A stretch of DNA of 64,000 nucleotides, from contig OZ223300.1 in NCBI GenBank assembly GCA_965140705.1, positions 1,888,001-1,952,000 of the forward strand, read 5' to 3'. The position numbers and the translations under genes are program-made. Position 1 is the stretch's first letter; each line of letters begins with the position of its first letter. The notes under the pieces were generated by a model. It was not told the DNA's origin. It saw only the letters and a list, made by a program, of their open reading frames with translations, and did not search any database. This document shows positions 50,134-60,133 of this stretch, piece by piece. This DNA is from an uncultured Arcobacter sp. GTDB lineage: Bacteria > Campylobacterota > Campylobacteria > Campylobacterales > Arcobacteraceae.

Positions 50134-50958
50134 ATGAAACTAATAATATTAATATTATCAATCTTTCTTTTTTCAAATTTTTGTGTTGCTCAAGAAAATT
50201 CAATTAAAATAGGTATTGCACCTCACTCATCCACTAGAATAATTTTACAATCACATCAAGATTTAAGAATTTTTTTACAAAAATACTTTAAAAGACCTGT
50301 TCAAATCTTAACAGCAAAAAATTTTAGCGAATTTACTAAGCGTTCAAATCAAGGGACATATTATGATTTGATTTTAACTTCACCAAATTTAGCAGTTCTT
50401 GCTGAAAGATTAGGGGGATACACTCCTTTAATGACTTATACCAAGGGTTTATCAACTATTATTCTAGCCACAAATAAAGATATTTTAAAAAGTAAAAAAC
50501 TACCTCTTAAAGTTATTGGATTAGATCCTGTCTCTTTTCCAACATTAGATGCCCAAGAGTGGTTAGATAAAAAAGGCTTTGTAGATGGTGATAAAGTAAA
50601 ATATTCATACACCAGTGCATCAGATAGTTCAATATCTATACTTCTAAATAATAACGCTGATATGATAATTTTATCTTTACCAAATTACATAAAACTTATG
50701 ACAAAAAAGACTAAAGACTTAGTACATATAATATATCAAAGTAAACCAAAGCCAAGTAGGATATATCTAGCAAAAAGTGCAAATGGTATTACTTTAGAAG
50801 AGTGGGAAAAAGCATTAGATGAATTTTCAAAATCTCCAGAAGGTAAAAGGCTTTTGGAAGTAACAAAACTTGAAGGATTTAAGAAAATAAAACCAGAAGA
50901 TTTAGATAACTTAGATTCAATAGTAGCTAAAACTATGGAAAGGTTATACAATAAATGA
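50134..50958 (+). CDS. PhnD/SsuA-like (phosphonate-binding fold) periplasmic binding protein
   Basis: Signal peptide, IGIAPHSS...L...F.RPVQI..A.NFSEF, P....LA; stop overlaps the kinase start (ATGA). Confidence 0.7.
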   Translation: MKLIILILSIFLFSNFCVAQENSIKIGIAPHSSTRIILQSHQDLRIFLQKYFKRPVQILTAKNFSEFTKRSNQGTYYDLILTSPNLAVLAERLGGYTPLMTYTKGLSTIILATNKDILKSKKLPLKVIGLDPVSFPTLDAQEWLDKKGFVDGDKVKYSYTSASDSSISILLNNNADMIILSLPNYIKLMTKKTKDLVHIIYQSKPKPSRIYLAKSANGITLEEWEKALDEFSKSPEGKRLLEVTKLEGFKKIKPEDLDNLDSIVAKTMERLYNK

Positions 50959-52451
50959 GAGTATCTTTAGCTTGGAAATGGGTAATTGCAAGTTTGATAA
51001 TTGAAAGTTTAATGCTTACATTAATGGTATTAAAAAATGTAAATCAATTAGAAACAAACTTATCAACTCAAACAAATATAAGACTAGATGAACAAAAAAT
51101 ATTATTAAAAAGTGCCCTAATTGCACCTATCGTTCAGATGGATTATGCCACAATCAATGCAATATTAAATGAGACAAAAAAAATTCCAACAGTAGATTAT
51201 TTAGCAGTTTTAGATAATCAAAATAATTGTATAAGCAGTGTTGGTTGGGATAGTTGTAAAAATTTACCAAAAAAAGAAGATAATCCCTTTAGTAAAAAAT
51301 CATTGAAGGATGAAAGATTTGATACAAATATTCCTATATCTTTATTTTCAGAACCATTAGGTAAAGTCTATTTAGGACTCTCTACAAAATTTTACATCCA
51401 AGCAAAAAAAGAGATGATTACTCGTAGTATTATTATTGCATTGATAGAATTAATATTATCAGCAATTTTACTTATAGCAATTAGTAAATGGATTACAAAA
51501 AACCTAGTTAAATTAACTCATAGTGCAAATGCTATTGCCCATGGAGACTATTCACAAAGAATAAATCTAGGTGATAGTATAGAGACCTTTGAATTACAAG
51601 AATCTTTTAATCTTATGGCAAAAAATATTGAAAAAAGTATAGCTGATTTAAAATATTTAAATAAAAAAGAAAAAAAACTATTTGAAAATCTAAAATCGCA
51701 AGTTGAAAAAAATCATGAACAAGATATTCTTCTAAAACATCAATCAAGAATGGCAATTATTGGTGAGATGCTTAACAATATTGCACATCAATGGAGACAA
51801 CCTCTAAGTGCTATTACCATTCAAATGAGTAGCTTAAAACTAAGAGAAGAGCTAAATCTTTTAGAAGAGAATGAGATAGGAAATACAGCAGATAGTGTTA
51901 TGAAATATGCAAACTATCTAAGTGGTACGATTGATGATTTTAGAGATTATATAAGAGATGACAATAATAAAAAAGAGTATTTTAATATTGAAACTTCTTT
52001 AGATAAAGCTATTGATATAGTATCTGCATCTTTAAATAATAATTTTATCACATTAAATATTGTTCGCCTTGAAGAGGAACTATTAATAAATGGTGTAATA
52101 AATGAGTTAACTCAAGTTTTTATAAATATTCTTAATAATTCAAAAGATATATTAAATGAAAATAATGTAAAAGATAAATTTATAGAAGTCAAGTTCTTAA
52201 AAAAAGATAATGATATAACTATAACCATTCAAGATAATGCAGGTGGTGTTAAAGAAGATATTATTGATAAAATATTTGACCCATACTTTACTACAAAATA
52301 TAAAAGTCAAGGTACAGGAATAGGATTATACATGAGTGCAAAAATTATTCATGAACATTTCTCAGGTGAGATACTTGTTAAAAATGAAAATATAGACTTT
52401 AATGACAAAACTTATATAGGTGCAAAATTCTTTATAATTTTACCAATATAA
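50955..52451 (+). CDS. HAMP-containing sensor histidine kinase
   Basis: Two TM segments, HAMP (IAHGDYSQRI...E..EL..SFN.MA), IAHQWRQPL, GTGIGLY. Confidence 0.9.
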   Translation: MRVSLAWKWVIASLIIESLMLTLMVLKNVNQLETNLSTQTNIRLDEQKILLKSALIAPIVQMDYATINAILNETKKIPTVDYLAVLDNQNNCISSVGWDSCKNLPKKEDNPFSKKSLKDERFDTNIPISLFSEPLGKVYLGLSTKFYIQAKKEMITRSIIIALIELILSAILLIAISKWITKNLVKLTHSANAIAHGDYSQRINLGDSIETFELQESFNLMAKNIEKSIADLKYLNKKEKKLFENLKSQVEKNHEQDILLKHQSRMAIIGEMLNNIAHQWRQPLSAITIQMSSLKLREELNLLEENEIGNTADSVMKYANYLSGTIDDFRDYIRDDNNKKEYFNIETSLDKAIDIVSASLNNNFITLNIVRLEEELLINGVINELTQVFINILNNSKDILNENNVKDKFIEVKFLKKDNDITITIQDNAGGVKEDIIDKIFDPYFTTKYKSQGTGIGLYMSAKIIHEHFSGEILVKNENIDFNDKTYIGAKFFIILPI

Positions 52452-52454
52452 GTT

Positions 52455-52748
52455 TTAATATTTAACTTTTTTATAAGCCTCTTGTTCTTCTTTATATATT
52501 TGTGATACGTGAATCAAACTAGCTAATTTGATCAAAGGCTTTATTAAAAACTGTGCACTACCAATAATAAATAACCAAGTTCCATTTTGCATAAGAGAAT
52601 CATACAAAAAGAAAATACTTCCAATTAAAAACCAAATTGCAATAAATAAATCATTTATAGCCCCTATTGCTTCATAACGCCGTTGAAGTACAATATGTCT
52701 ATTCCCTATATCTAAATCTAATTCATTATTCTTTTCATAAAAAATCAC
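52455..52748 (-). CDS. YrhK-family membrane protein
   Basis: RYE....ND....WFLIGSIFF....GTWLFIIGS.Q...KP.I. Confidence 0.85.
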   Translation of the reverse strand: MIFYEKNNELDLDIGNRHIVLQRRYEAIGAINDLFIAIWFLIGSIFFLYDSLMQNGTWLFIIGSAQFLIKPLIKLASLIHVSQIYKEEQEAYKKVKY

Positions 52749-52797
52749 AAAATTCCTCCATATAATACCGTTAAAGTATGCATTATATGAAAAAACT

Positions 52798-53358
52798 CTA
52801 ATAAGAAGGTAAAAGAAATTTTATACGCAAGTAATTTAATTGTTCCCAATAGGCTACTTCATTATAATTTCTTGAATAAAAATTCATAAAACCATGTAGA
52901 TAGTCTACTTTTGAAGTTTTTACATTTTCTCTTTTACATAATTCAGATTGCAATTCTAAAACATCAAAATGAGTCTCCATTTTAGGGAAGATTAATTCCA
53001 CTTCAAATAAAGGATTTACTTCTTTGAAATTTCTAATTTGCGAGCCATAATAACAAATTCCATGGCTAATATTTTGGACTGATAAATTTTCAGATAATTT
53101 CCAAATAATAGAAGCTCCAACACTAAAGCCAATCAAAGTAGTAAGAGAAGAAATTGATGTAGTTATTTCTAATAGTTTAGACAAATAATTATCAAGTCCT
53201 ACCTTATCTATAAAATAAGAATATGCCTCCGCTTCATTTTTAAAGTTCATATTTATACCATCATATGGATCTACAATAACAGTAGTATTTAACTCTTCAC
53301 CTAATTTCTCTAAAGCAGGTGTTTTGCCAAATACATCTGAAACTAAAATTATATTCAT
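52798..53358 (-). CDS. Dienelactone-hydrolase-like alpha/beta hydrolase
   Basis: SDVFG, GFSVGA nucleophile elbow, YYGSQIR, HGFMN. Confidence 0.75.
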   Translation of the reverse strand: MNIILVSDVFGKTPALEKLGEELNTTVIVDPYDGINMNFKNEAEAYSYFIDKVGLDNYLSKLLEITTSISSLTTLIGFSVGASIIWKLSENLSVQNISHGICYYGSQIRNFKEVNPLFEVELIFPKMETHFDVLELQSELCKRENVKTSKVDYLHGFMNFYSRNYNEVAYWEQLNYLRIKFLLPSY

Positions 53359-53397
53359 AAACCTCTACTTTATTTGTTTTTATTTACACTAAAGCTT

Positions 53398-54198
53398 TTA
53401 TAATACAGATACTATCATCTTAATACTCAAGATTACAGCTAATACTCCAAAAACTTTTTTAAGCTTTTGAGTGGGAAGTATAGATGCATATTTTACACCT
53501 AAAGGAACAGTAAAAATACTACTAATTGCCACTAATATTACAGCTGGCATATAAATATAACCGATGATATAATTTTGTAAATCGCTATTACCAAAACCAT
53601 TAATTGCATAACCAATAGTACCAGATATGGCAATAGGAAAACCAACTGCTGCTGAAGTACCAATAGCCCGTTTCATGTCAAAATTTTGGTGTACCAAATA
53701 AGGAACAGTTAATGACCCTCCTCCAATTGAGACTAAGGCTGAAATTGCTCCAATTAAAGTTCCAGTAAATATATTTCCTACTTTTCCATGTGGAGTTGGA
53801 TTTGATTCATAATGGGGTTTACTAAACATCTTAAAAGCAACATAACTCATAAATACTCCAAAAAATAGTGCCAAATAAACACCTTTAAGATAAGAGGCTA
53901 AAAAAGTAGCACTAAATGTTCCTACCAAAACTCCTCCAGCTATTTTAAGAGCCATAGATGTTTCGATATTATCTTTTTTATAATGGGCACGCATACTTGA
54001 AAATGAGGTAAAAATAATTGTTGCCATTGAAGTTCCCAATGCCAAATGCATGATTTTTTCATGTTCAAACCCTTGCATGGCAAATAAAATAGTAAAAATA
54101 GGAACCATAATACCTCCACCACCAACACCTAATAATCCAGCTAAAAATCCAACTAATAATCCTAAGGCAACATAATCTATTAAAAATACTGTACTCAT
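53398..54198 (-). CDS. Sulfite exporter TauE/SafE family
   Basis: GLLGVGGGGIMVP, ALGTS, SIGGGS..VP, AIGTS. Start set at ATG 54198. Confidence 0.9.
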   Translation of the reverse strand: MSTVFLIDYVALGLLVGFLAGLLGVGGGGIMVPIFTILFAMQGFEHEKIMHLALGTSMATIIFTSFSSMRAHYKKDNIETSMALKIAGGVLVGTFSATFLASYLKGVYLALFFGVFMSYVAFKMFSKPHYESNPTPHGKVGNIFTGTLIGAISALVSIGGGSLTVPYLVHQNFDMKRAIGTSAAVGFPIAISGTIGYAINGFGNSDLQNYIIGYIYMPAVILVAISSIFTVPLGVKYASILPTQKLKKVFGVLAVILSIKMIVSVL

Positions 54199-54323
54199 AT
54201 TTTTCCTTATTTTTATCACAATTTTATAATATATATACAAATAAAGGTACAAGAAAAATTACATTTAATGTTGGAATTCTTGAGAGAAAAAGTATAATAT
54301 TTATAAAATCATTTCTTATTCTT

Positions 54324-55169
54324 CTATTTATTGATTTTCAATAATCCAGCACCAATAAGTGTTGTTATTGAAGCAAATAGTTTCATTAAGTCTAATCTCT
54401 CTTTTAATACAAAAACACCTAGTAAAAGTGCAAAAACAATACTTGTCTCTCTTAAAGCAGTAACTACAGGAATTGGAGCCATAGTAAATGACCAAATAAC
54501 TAAAGAATAGCCTGTAAATGATGCTAATCCACCAGTTAATGCTAGTTTATAATTATTTACAATAACAATTTTTACAGTATTTGGTTTTTTAAATAAAATC
54601 ACGATAATAAAAATAATTGCATTTAAAATAGAAAGACAAGCATAAAAACCAACAGCACTACCAGAAACACGAGCACCCAAACCATCTATAAGAGAATATG
54701 ATGCAATGAAAACACCAGTAACCACAGCCAAAATAGCTGCACGATAATTTCTCAATCCATCACTCTTTCTAACTAATACAAGACTCATAATACCCGTACA
54801 AATTACAATAATAGCAGTTATTTCTATCTGTGAGAGATGATTTCCTAAAAAAAGTACAGATACAGTTGCTACAATCAAAGGTGATATTCCACGAGCCAAT
54901 GGGTAAACTTGACTTAAATCACCAATACGATAAGAATTAAGTAAAAACAACTGATAACCAGTATGCAGTAAAGCTCCAGCAATTATGTAATTAAGAGATT
55001 CAATATTAGGTAAGGGTACAAAAAATAGTGCAAGAAAAGCAAAAGGTGCATGACCTAATACCACAGCAGACATACTTATAAGTTTGTCGCTATTTTGTTT
55101 AACTAGAAAATTCCAACTAGCATGTAATAATGCAGCAAAAAGAACAACAAACATAACAGTAAGAGACAT
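54324..55169 (-). CDS. EamA/DMT-family transporter
   Basis: AALLHASWN, GDLSQVYPLARG, ALRETS. Confidence 0.88.
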   Translation of the reverse strand: MSLTVMFVVLFAALLHASWNFLVKQNSDKLISMSAVVLGHAPFAFLALFFVPLPNIESLNYIIAGALLHTGYQLFLLNSYRIGDLSQVYPLARGISPLIVATVSVLFLGNHLSQIEITAIIVICTGIMSLVLVRKSDGLRNYRAAILAVVTGVFIASYSLIDGLGARVSGSAVGFYACLSILNAIIFIIVILFKKPNTVKIVIVNNYKLALTGGLASFTGYSLVIWSFTMAPIPVVTALRETSIVFALLLGVFVLKERLDLMKLFASITTLIGAGLLKINK

Positions 55170-55243
55170 GATTCAACCTTTTATTAATATATAATATTGT
55201 ATAGAAATATCACTGAATACTTAGTATTTAAAATTTATTTTCT

Positions 55244-55591
55244 CTACTCACCATTTAAAACAGACATAACTGTTGATCTAGAAGTATTTAATTCTGTTGT
55301 TATTTTTGATATATTTATATCACCATTTTTAGTATAATACTCTTCATCATCCAACATTTTTAATATAGTATCTTTTTTATCAAGTATCTCTTGGGAGGTT
55401 TGTCTAGTTTGAAAAGTGAAATCTTCTTCACTCATAGTTTTAAGTGCTTCTAAATCTCTTTTTATAGTGGGAACTGTGACATTCAACTCTTTTGCCAAAT
55501 CCTTTGGCTCTTCAATACCTCGTAAAATCAAATCACGTAGTGCAATTCTTCTAGTTTTTATTTTACGCCTACGATGATAAGATATTTTCAT
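55244..55591 (-). CDS. Small double-HTH DNA-binding protein
   Basis: DLAKELNVTVPTIKRDL and ISKITTELNTSRSTV. ATG overlaps the rhodanese stop (TAATG). Confidence 0.7.
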   Translation of the reverse strand: MKISYHRRRKIKTRRIALRDLILRGIEEPKDLAKELNVTVPTIKRDLEALKTMSEEDFTFQTRQTSQEILDKKDTILKMLDDEEYYTKNGDINISKITTELNTSRSTVMSVLNGE

Positions 55592-55941
55592 TATTGAAAC
55601 TTTAGAAGAGAGCTCCACTTACCTGCATTATGAACATTTTCATATCCATTTACCACTAAAGTACGCTTTGCTAGTGCACTTCTACTCCCACTAGCACAAC
55701 AAAGTATTATAGGCTTAGTATTATCTAACTCTTTTATTCTATTTTTAAGTGAATCCAATGGAATATTTATACTTCCATCTTTGTGAGATGAGACAAACTC
55801 TTCTACACTTCTAACATCAACAATTTGACCACCTTGAGAAAGTAAAGATGGAACAAGCTTCAATACCTTATATTGACTATACTTTTTATAAGCTATAAAA
55901 GCTATTAATGCAATAAACGCATAAATTATATTTTCGTTCAA
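55591..55941 (-). CDS. Membrane-anchored rhodanese-like sulfurtransferase
   Basis: N-terminal TM, DVRS..EF...H..GSINIP, CASGSRS. Confidence 0.9.
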   Translation of the reverse strand: MNENIIYAFIALIAFIAYKKYSQYKVLKLVPSLLSQGGQIVDVRSVEEFVSSHKDGSINIPLDSLKNRIKELDNTKPIILCCASGSRSALAKRTLVVNGYENVHNAGKWSSLLKFQ

Positions 55942-56061
55942 AACTATCCTTTAAATATTCTTCGTATTCTAATGAAATTTGACTTATATTCTTTAATAAG
56001 AGAAATATTAAATTATTAAACTTTCTTAAAACTCCAAACAGTCCAAATGTTTTATTCTACT

Positions 56062-56433
56062 TCATTTTTTAGTAAAAACCATTCGTCTTGATAAGGTCTT
56101 TTTAACTGAACTATCCAATAGTGCTTTATCAAATGTACTTCTTAAACTCTCATAATCTTTATCTGCGATTATTTTATATGAGTATTCAAAATTAGCTTCT
56201 TCTGGGTTTTCTCTATTTAGTACTACTTCTGTTTCAAATTTTATATCCATAAGTTCTAATTTTTCAGCTTCTTTTTGAAGCATAATATTCATACAACTTG
56301 CCAATGCTGCCTCTAAAATATCATGTGGACGAGGATATTTTCCTGTACCACCTTTTTCTTCCGTTGTATCAATACACAAATCAAGTTCTTCCACTTGATT
56401 TACATACTTTTTATCTTTACTAATTGATTTCAT
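56062..56433 (-). CDS. OsmC-family protein
   Basis: D....GG.G...RPHDILEAALASC. The second Cys position reads SSVKKTL. Confidence 0.8.
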   Translation of the reverse strand: MKSISKDKKYVNQVEELDLCIDTTEEKGGTGKYPRPHDILEAALASCMNIMLQKEAEKLELMDIKFETEVVLNRENPEEANFEYSYKIIADKDYESLRSTFDKALLDSSVKKTLSRRMVFTKK

Positions 56434-56469
56434 ATCTATTTCCTCTATATTTATTTAATTTAATTTTAA

Positions 56470-57282
56470 TTACCACCAAGTAACAAAAAAACTTTGGCTT
56501 ATATTTTTCTTATTTTTTAACCAAAGCAAAGGGGATTTTTGTTGATTTAACAATATATCTATTGTATCTATTACTCCATCAAAACTTATCCATATTTCAT
56601 TTGTATTACAATCACAAACCCAATCATTCCTTGGAGGCAAATGGTATTTATACTCTCTAAAGTGCTTTTGTTTTATAAATTCTTCACGCTTAATATAAAA
56701 ACCTCTTACACAAGAGTTATTTAATATAGGTATATCTTTTCCTAAAAAATGCATTGGAACATAGATATTTCCTTTTAAACAAATCTTTTGTTTAAAAGAG
56801 TTTACATCTATACCCTCTAAATATTCTTGTGTTTCGTTTTTATATAATAAAGGAAGTTGTTTGATTTTTAACTTTTCTAGTTTTTTTACAAAAGTATCGT
56901 TTCTATTTGGACCGATATACCTATCAAGTTCATTTTCAATAGAATCATCATATAAATAAAACTTGTATACATGTTCAACATGTAAATACTCTTCTGCTTT
57001 TTTATCATAAAGAAGAAAATCTATTTCACCAAGGGTTTGTTTATTATTTATAATTTGAATATTCTTTTTTATCAACTCATAGTTTTTTGACTGTTTTATA
57101 TAAAACTCAAAAAAGCGCTCTATCCTACTTCCTAAAGTAAGCTTAGAAGTAATATTTAACTCAGTAAAATCGAACTCTTTTATTTCATTTATATCTAGTT
57201 TTATTTGACTTAGACCATCCAATTCTTTAAATAAATAAGGGGTATTCATAAAGCCTAGAAATTGAGTTTTTAAATTATTCAT
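56470..57282 (-). CDS. DUF1853-family protein
   Basis: LG...E, TLGEIDFL, H.E...KFYL, IGPN.ND...KK....QLPL, terminal WW. Confidence 0.85.
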   Translation of the reverse strand: MNNLKTQFLGFMNTPYLFKELDGLSQIKLDINEIKEFDFTELNITSKLTLGSRIERFFEFYIKQSKNYELIKKNIQIINNKQTLGEIDFLLYDKKAEEYLHVEHVYKFYLYDDSIENELDRYIGPNRNDTFVKKLEKLKIKQLPLLYKNETQEYLEGIDVNSFKQKICLKGNIYVPMHFLGKDIPILNNSCVRGFYIKREEFIKQKHFREYKYHLPPRNDWVCDCNTNEIWISFDGVIDTIDILLNQQKSPLLWLKNKKNISQSFFVTWW

Positions 57283-57527
57283 TTAATATGATACTCAAAA
57301 TAATATAAATCTTCTTATCGAAGTTCTTTACAAGCATACCTCTTTTAGCCTGTTATCCTATCCAACTCTAAAATCTAATGTAACACAGAATTCTTTATTT
57401 TGGACACATTCAGACCATATTCAAAATGTATAATTCTTATTGTCAAAAGAAAATGAACATTCAGATAGATATATACATGAATGTTACCATTATTCTATTG
57501 GCAAAATATTATATATAAGGAGAAAAA

Positions 57528-57692
57528 ATGACACTAGATTTATTATTTCGTTTGGCAATTGGTATAGCAGGAATTACAGGAGGTTTTTTATTTTTTGGTT
57601 CAAAAGCACCATGGCTTCGAAAATGCCATTTGATTGCTGGAGCAAGCGCATTTATTTTATGTGTCGTAACATTTTTTGTACAATATACTTAA
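57528..57692 (+). CDS. Small 54-aa two-TM membrane protein (not in ORF track)
   Basis: AAGGAG RBS; MTLDLLFRLAIGIAGITGGFLFFGSKAPWLRKCHLIAGASAFILCVVTFFVQYT*. Confidence 0.7.
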   Translation: MTLDLLFRLAIGIAGITGGFLFFGSKAPWLRKCHLIAGASAFILCVVTFFVQYT

Positions 57693-57708
57693 GAAAGGAT
57701 AGATAATT

Positions 57709-58077
57709 ATGGTTGATTCAAAAATAATTGAGGCTTTTCATCTCATGTGGGGTAATTTCCCTGAGCCTGCAACACTTGTACATAAAAGCAAAGAAGTCAT
57801 TGCTACAAATGCAGCGTGCAAAGTGGTTGGATTAGAAAAGGGAATGAATTGCGCTACCCATGGTGCACCTGAAGCACATAAAGGCTGTTTGGCTAATAAA
57901 GCGTTACGTTCGCAAGAAGCGACATTCAAAAAAGCGAAATACACGGAAAAAGAAATTATCTCTTATTGGCTTCCAGTTGACGGATATCCTGAACTCTTTA
58001 TTCATTTTGGAGTGGGTGCAACTATAAACTATAATACCATACCAGACAAAGGTTCAATGTATAAAGTAGCATTGTAA
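57709..58077 (+). CDS. Hypothetical Cys/His-containing PAS-like protein
   Basis: AAGGA RBS; FHLMWGNFPEP..LV.K...A.N...G..C....PEAHKGCLA. Confidence 0.65.
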   Translation: MVDSKIIEAFHLMWGNFPEPATLVHKSKEVIATNAACKVVGLEKGMNCATHGAPEAHKGCLANKALRSQEATFKKAKYTEKEIISYWLPVDGYPELFIHFGVGATINYNTIPDKGSMYKVAL

Positions 58078-58194
58078 ATAAATTCCTTTTTCTTGGAGGC
58101 ATATGAGATATAAAACCTTCAAAGATATGGTTTGTATTAAGAGAAGGAACTGTGATATAATTTTCCAAAAGGAATATCTTAGATACGAGGTTAA

Positions 58195-58887
58195 ATGATG
58201 TTTTCTATATTAGTTGCTGAAGATGATGAGACATTAAATAAGATGATATGTACGAAATTAAAACAAGAAAACTTCAAGACTATTTCGGCATTTGATGGAG
58301 AGGAAGCCTTAGAAATCATGGATACTACATATGTTGACTTAGTCATCTCAGATATTATGATGCCAAAAATAAATGGTTATGAACTCATACAAGAAATTAG
58401 AAAGACAGCACCTTCCTTCCCTATTCTGATGATTACGGCAAAAAATCAAATGGAAGATATTGAAAAGGGATTTAGACTTGGAACAGACGATTATATGATT
58501 AAACCTATTCAACTAAAAGAGATGGTTCTTAGAGTAAATGCACTTCTACGGAGAGCAAAGATAGCTAGTGAAAATAAATTAGTTATAGGAAAGAGTTTTC
58601 TAGATTACAAGGCATTAAAAATAAATATTGACTCTAAAGAATACGACCTTCCCCCTAAAGAGTTTTATCTACTCTTTCTTTTACTCAGCTATCCCGATAA
58701 AATTTTTACTCGATATGAAATTATGAATGAAATTTGGGGTCTAGAATCAGAAGCAGATGAACGAACTGTTGATTCTCATATCAAAAAACTTCGTCGTAGA
58801 TTTGAATCATGTCAGGATTTTGAGATTGTGACTATACGAGGGCTTGGGTACAAGGCAAAATATCATTTAACAGATAATACCAAATGA
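58195..58887 (+). CDS. OmpR-family response regulator (HssR-like)
   Basis: AEDD, SDIMMP, GFRLGTDDYMIKP, LPPKEF, RTVDSHIKKLR, RGLGYK. Confidence 0.9.
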   Translation: MMFSILVAEDDETLNKMICTKLKQENFKTISAFDGEEALEIMDTTYVDLVISDIMMPKINGYELIQEIRKTAPSFPILMITAKNQMEDIEKGFRLGTDDYMIKPIQLKEMVLRVNALLRRAKIASENKLVIGKSFLDYKALKINIDSKEYDLPPKEFYLLFLLLSYPDKIFTRYEIMNEIWGLESEADERTVDSHIKKLRRRFESCQDFEIVTIRGLGYKAKYHLTDNTK

Positions 58888-59990
58888 AAAATGATGCAAT
58901 AAAATTTAAAAAGGAAACCATGAAAAAGAAATATATAATACATCTTCGCTCTTTTATCTCTTTTGTTTCTATTGCCACTTTATTCGTTTCTTGTCTTATT
59001 GCATGTGGTATAGTTATTACTGGGACTTGGTTATTTTATCACGGACCAATTACCTTTTTCTCAGGAATCATTATGAGTCTACTGGTTTGTGCTTTAACGA
59101 TGATTATTGGTGCTATTGCCTTATACATTGGGTCAGGGCATTTATTGAAACCTGTTGAAGCATTAAATTTAACTGTGAATAAAATTGCCCAAGGGGATTT
59201 TACTGCAAGAGTTTACCGTAAGAGAAGAAACATGAAAAATTATCTTTATGCCCATGAACTTGATGAACTCTCTTCAAATGTGAATAAAATGGTAGAAGAA
59301 CTCTCTGGTATGGATTATATGCGTAAAGACTTTATGAGTAATGTATCCCATGAAATAAAAACACCGGTTACGGCAATCACAGGTTTTGCTGAATTGTTAT
59401 TAGATTCGCCACTTGAAATGCAAAAGCAAAAAGAGTATTTAGAACTCATACATCAAGAATCCAGACGCTTGTCATTACTTTGTGAAGATATGCTACAAAT
59501 GTCGCGCTTAGATAATCAACAAATTATCTCAAAAAAAGACATAATCCGAGTAGATGAACAAATAAGGCGCGCAGTGATTGTGCTCTCACAAAAGTGGAGT
59601 AATCGTGATCAGAAATTTGATTTAAACCTGTGCGATGTAGTTGTAGAATCGGATAAATCACTTTTGATGCATGTGTGGATGAATCTCATCGATAACGCCA
59701 TGAAATACTCTTCTACCAATAGTACAATTTATATCGATGAATACGTAAAGGAAGATGAACTTATTGTTACCATTAAAGATAAAGGTATTGGTATTAAGAG
59801 TGAAAAAATTACAAAGATTTTTGATAAGTTTTACCAAGGTGAAGAATCCCATAAAAAACAAGGAAGTGGTCTGGGGCTTTCCATCGTAAAAAGAATTTTA
59901 GAACTTTTGGGAGCAACAATTCACTATGAAAGCCAAGAGAATATTGGAACAACTGTGATGGTAAAATTTTTAATAAAGGCTCTGAAATAA
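58884..59990 (+). CDS. HAMP sensor histidine kinase (HssS-like)
   Basis: Two close TM segments, HAMP, DFMSNVSHEIKTP, W.NLIDNAMKY, GSGLGL. Confidence 0.9.
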   Translation: MKNDAIKFKKETMKKKYIIHLRSFISFVSIATLFVSCLIACGIVITGTWLFYHGPITFFSGIIMSLLVCALTMIIGAIALYIGSGHLLKPVEALNLTVNKIAQGDFTARVYRKRRNMKNYLYAHELDELSSNVNKMVEELSGMDYMRKDFMSNVSHEIKTPVTAITGFAELLLDSPLEMQKQKEYLELIHQESRRLSLLCEDMLQMSRLDNQQIISKKDIIRVDEQIRRAVIVLSQKWSNRDQKFDLNLCDVVVESDKSLLMHVWMNLIDNAMKYSSTNSTIYIDEYVKEDELIVTIKDKGIGIKSEKITKIFDKFYQGEESHKKQGSGLGLSIVKRILELLGATIHYESQENIGTTVMVKFLIKALK

Positions 59991-60030
59991 TAAAGTTGCT
60001 AAAAAATCTATAAACTATATAATTGATAGT

Positions 60031-60089
60031 AAAATCTGAGGACAATAGATATAATTATAGGTAAATAAGTATCCTGCCCCCGAAATTTT
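60031..60089. repeat. REP-like inverted doublet (copy A)
   Basis: AAAATCTGAGGACAATAGATATAATT facing AAATAAGTATCCTGCCCCCGAAATTTT. The second arm is 20/22 identical to 63811-63832. Confidence 0.55.
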
Positions 60090-60133
60090 AAATTAAAGAA
60101 TCCTTCAATTCTTCATCAAATATAGATTTATTA

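Noticed and set aside
57440..57706. 88-aa tracked ORF
   Set aside because: No RBS. An overlapping frame (57528-57692) has AAGGAG and a coherent two-TM product.
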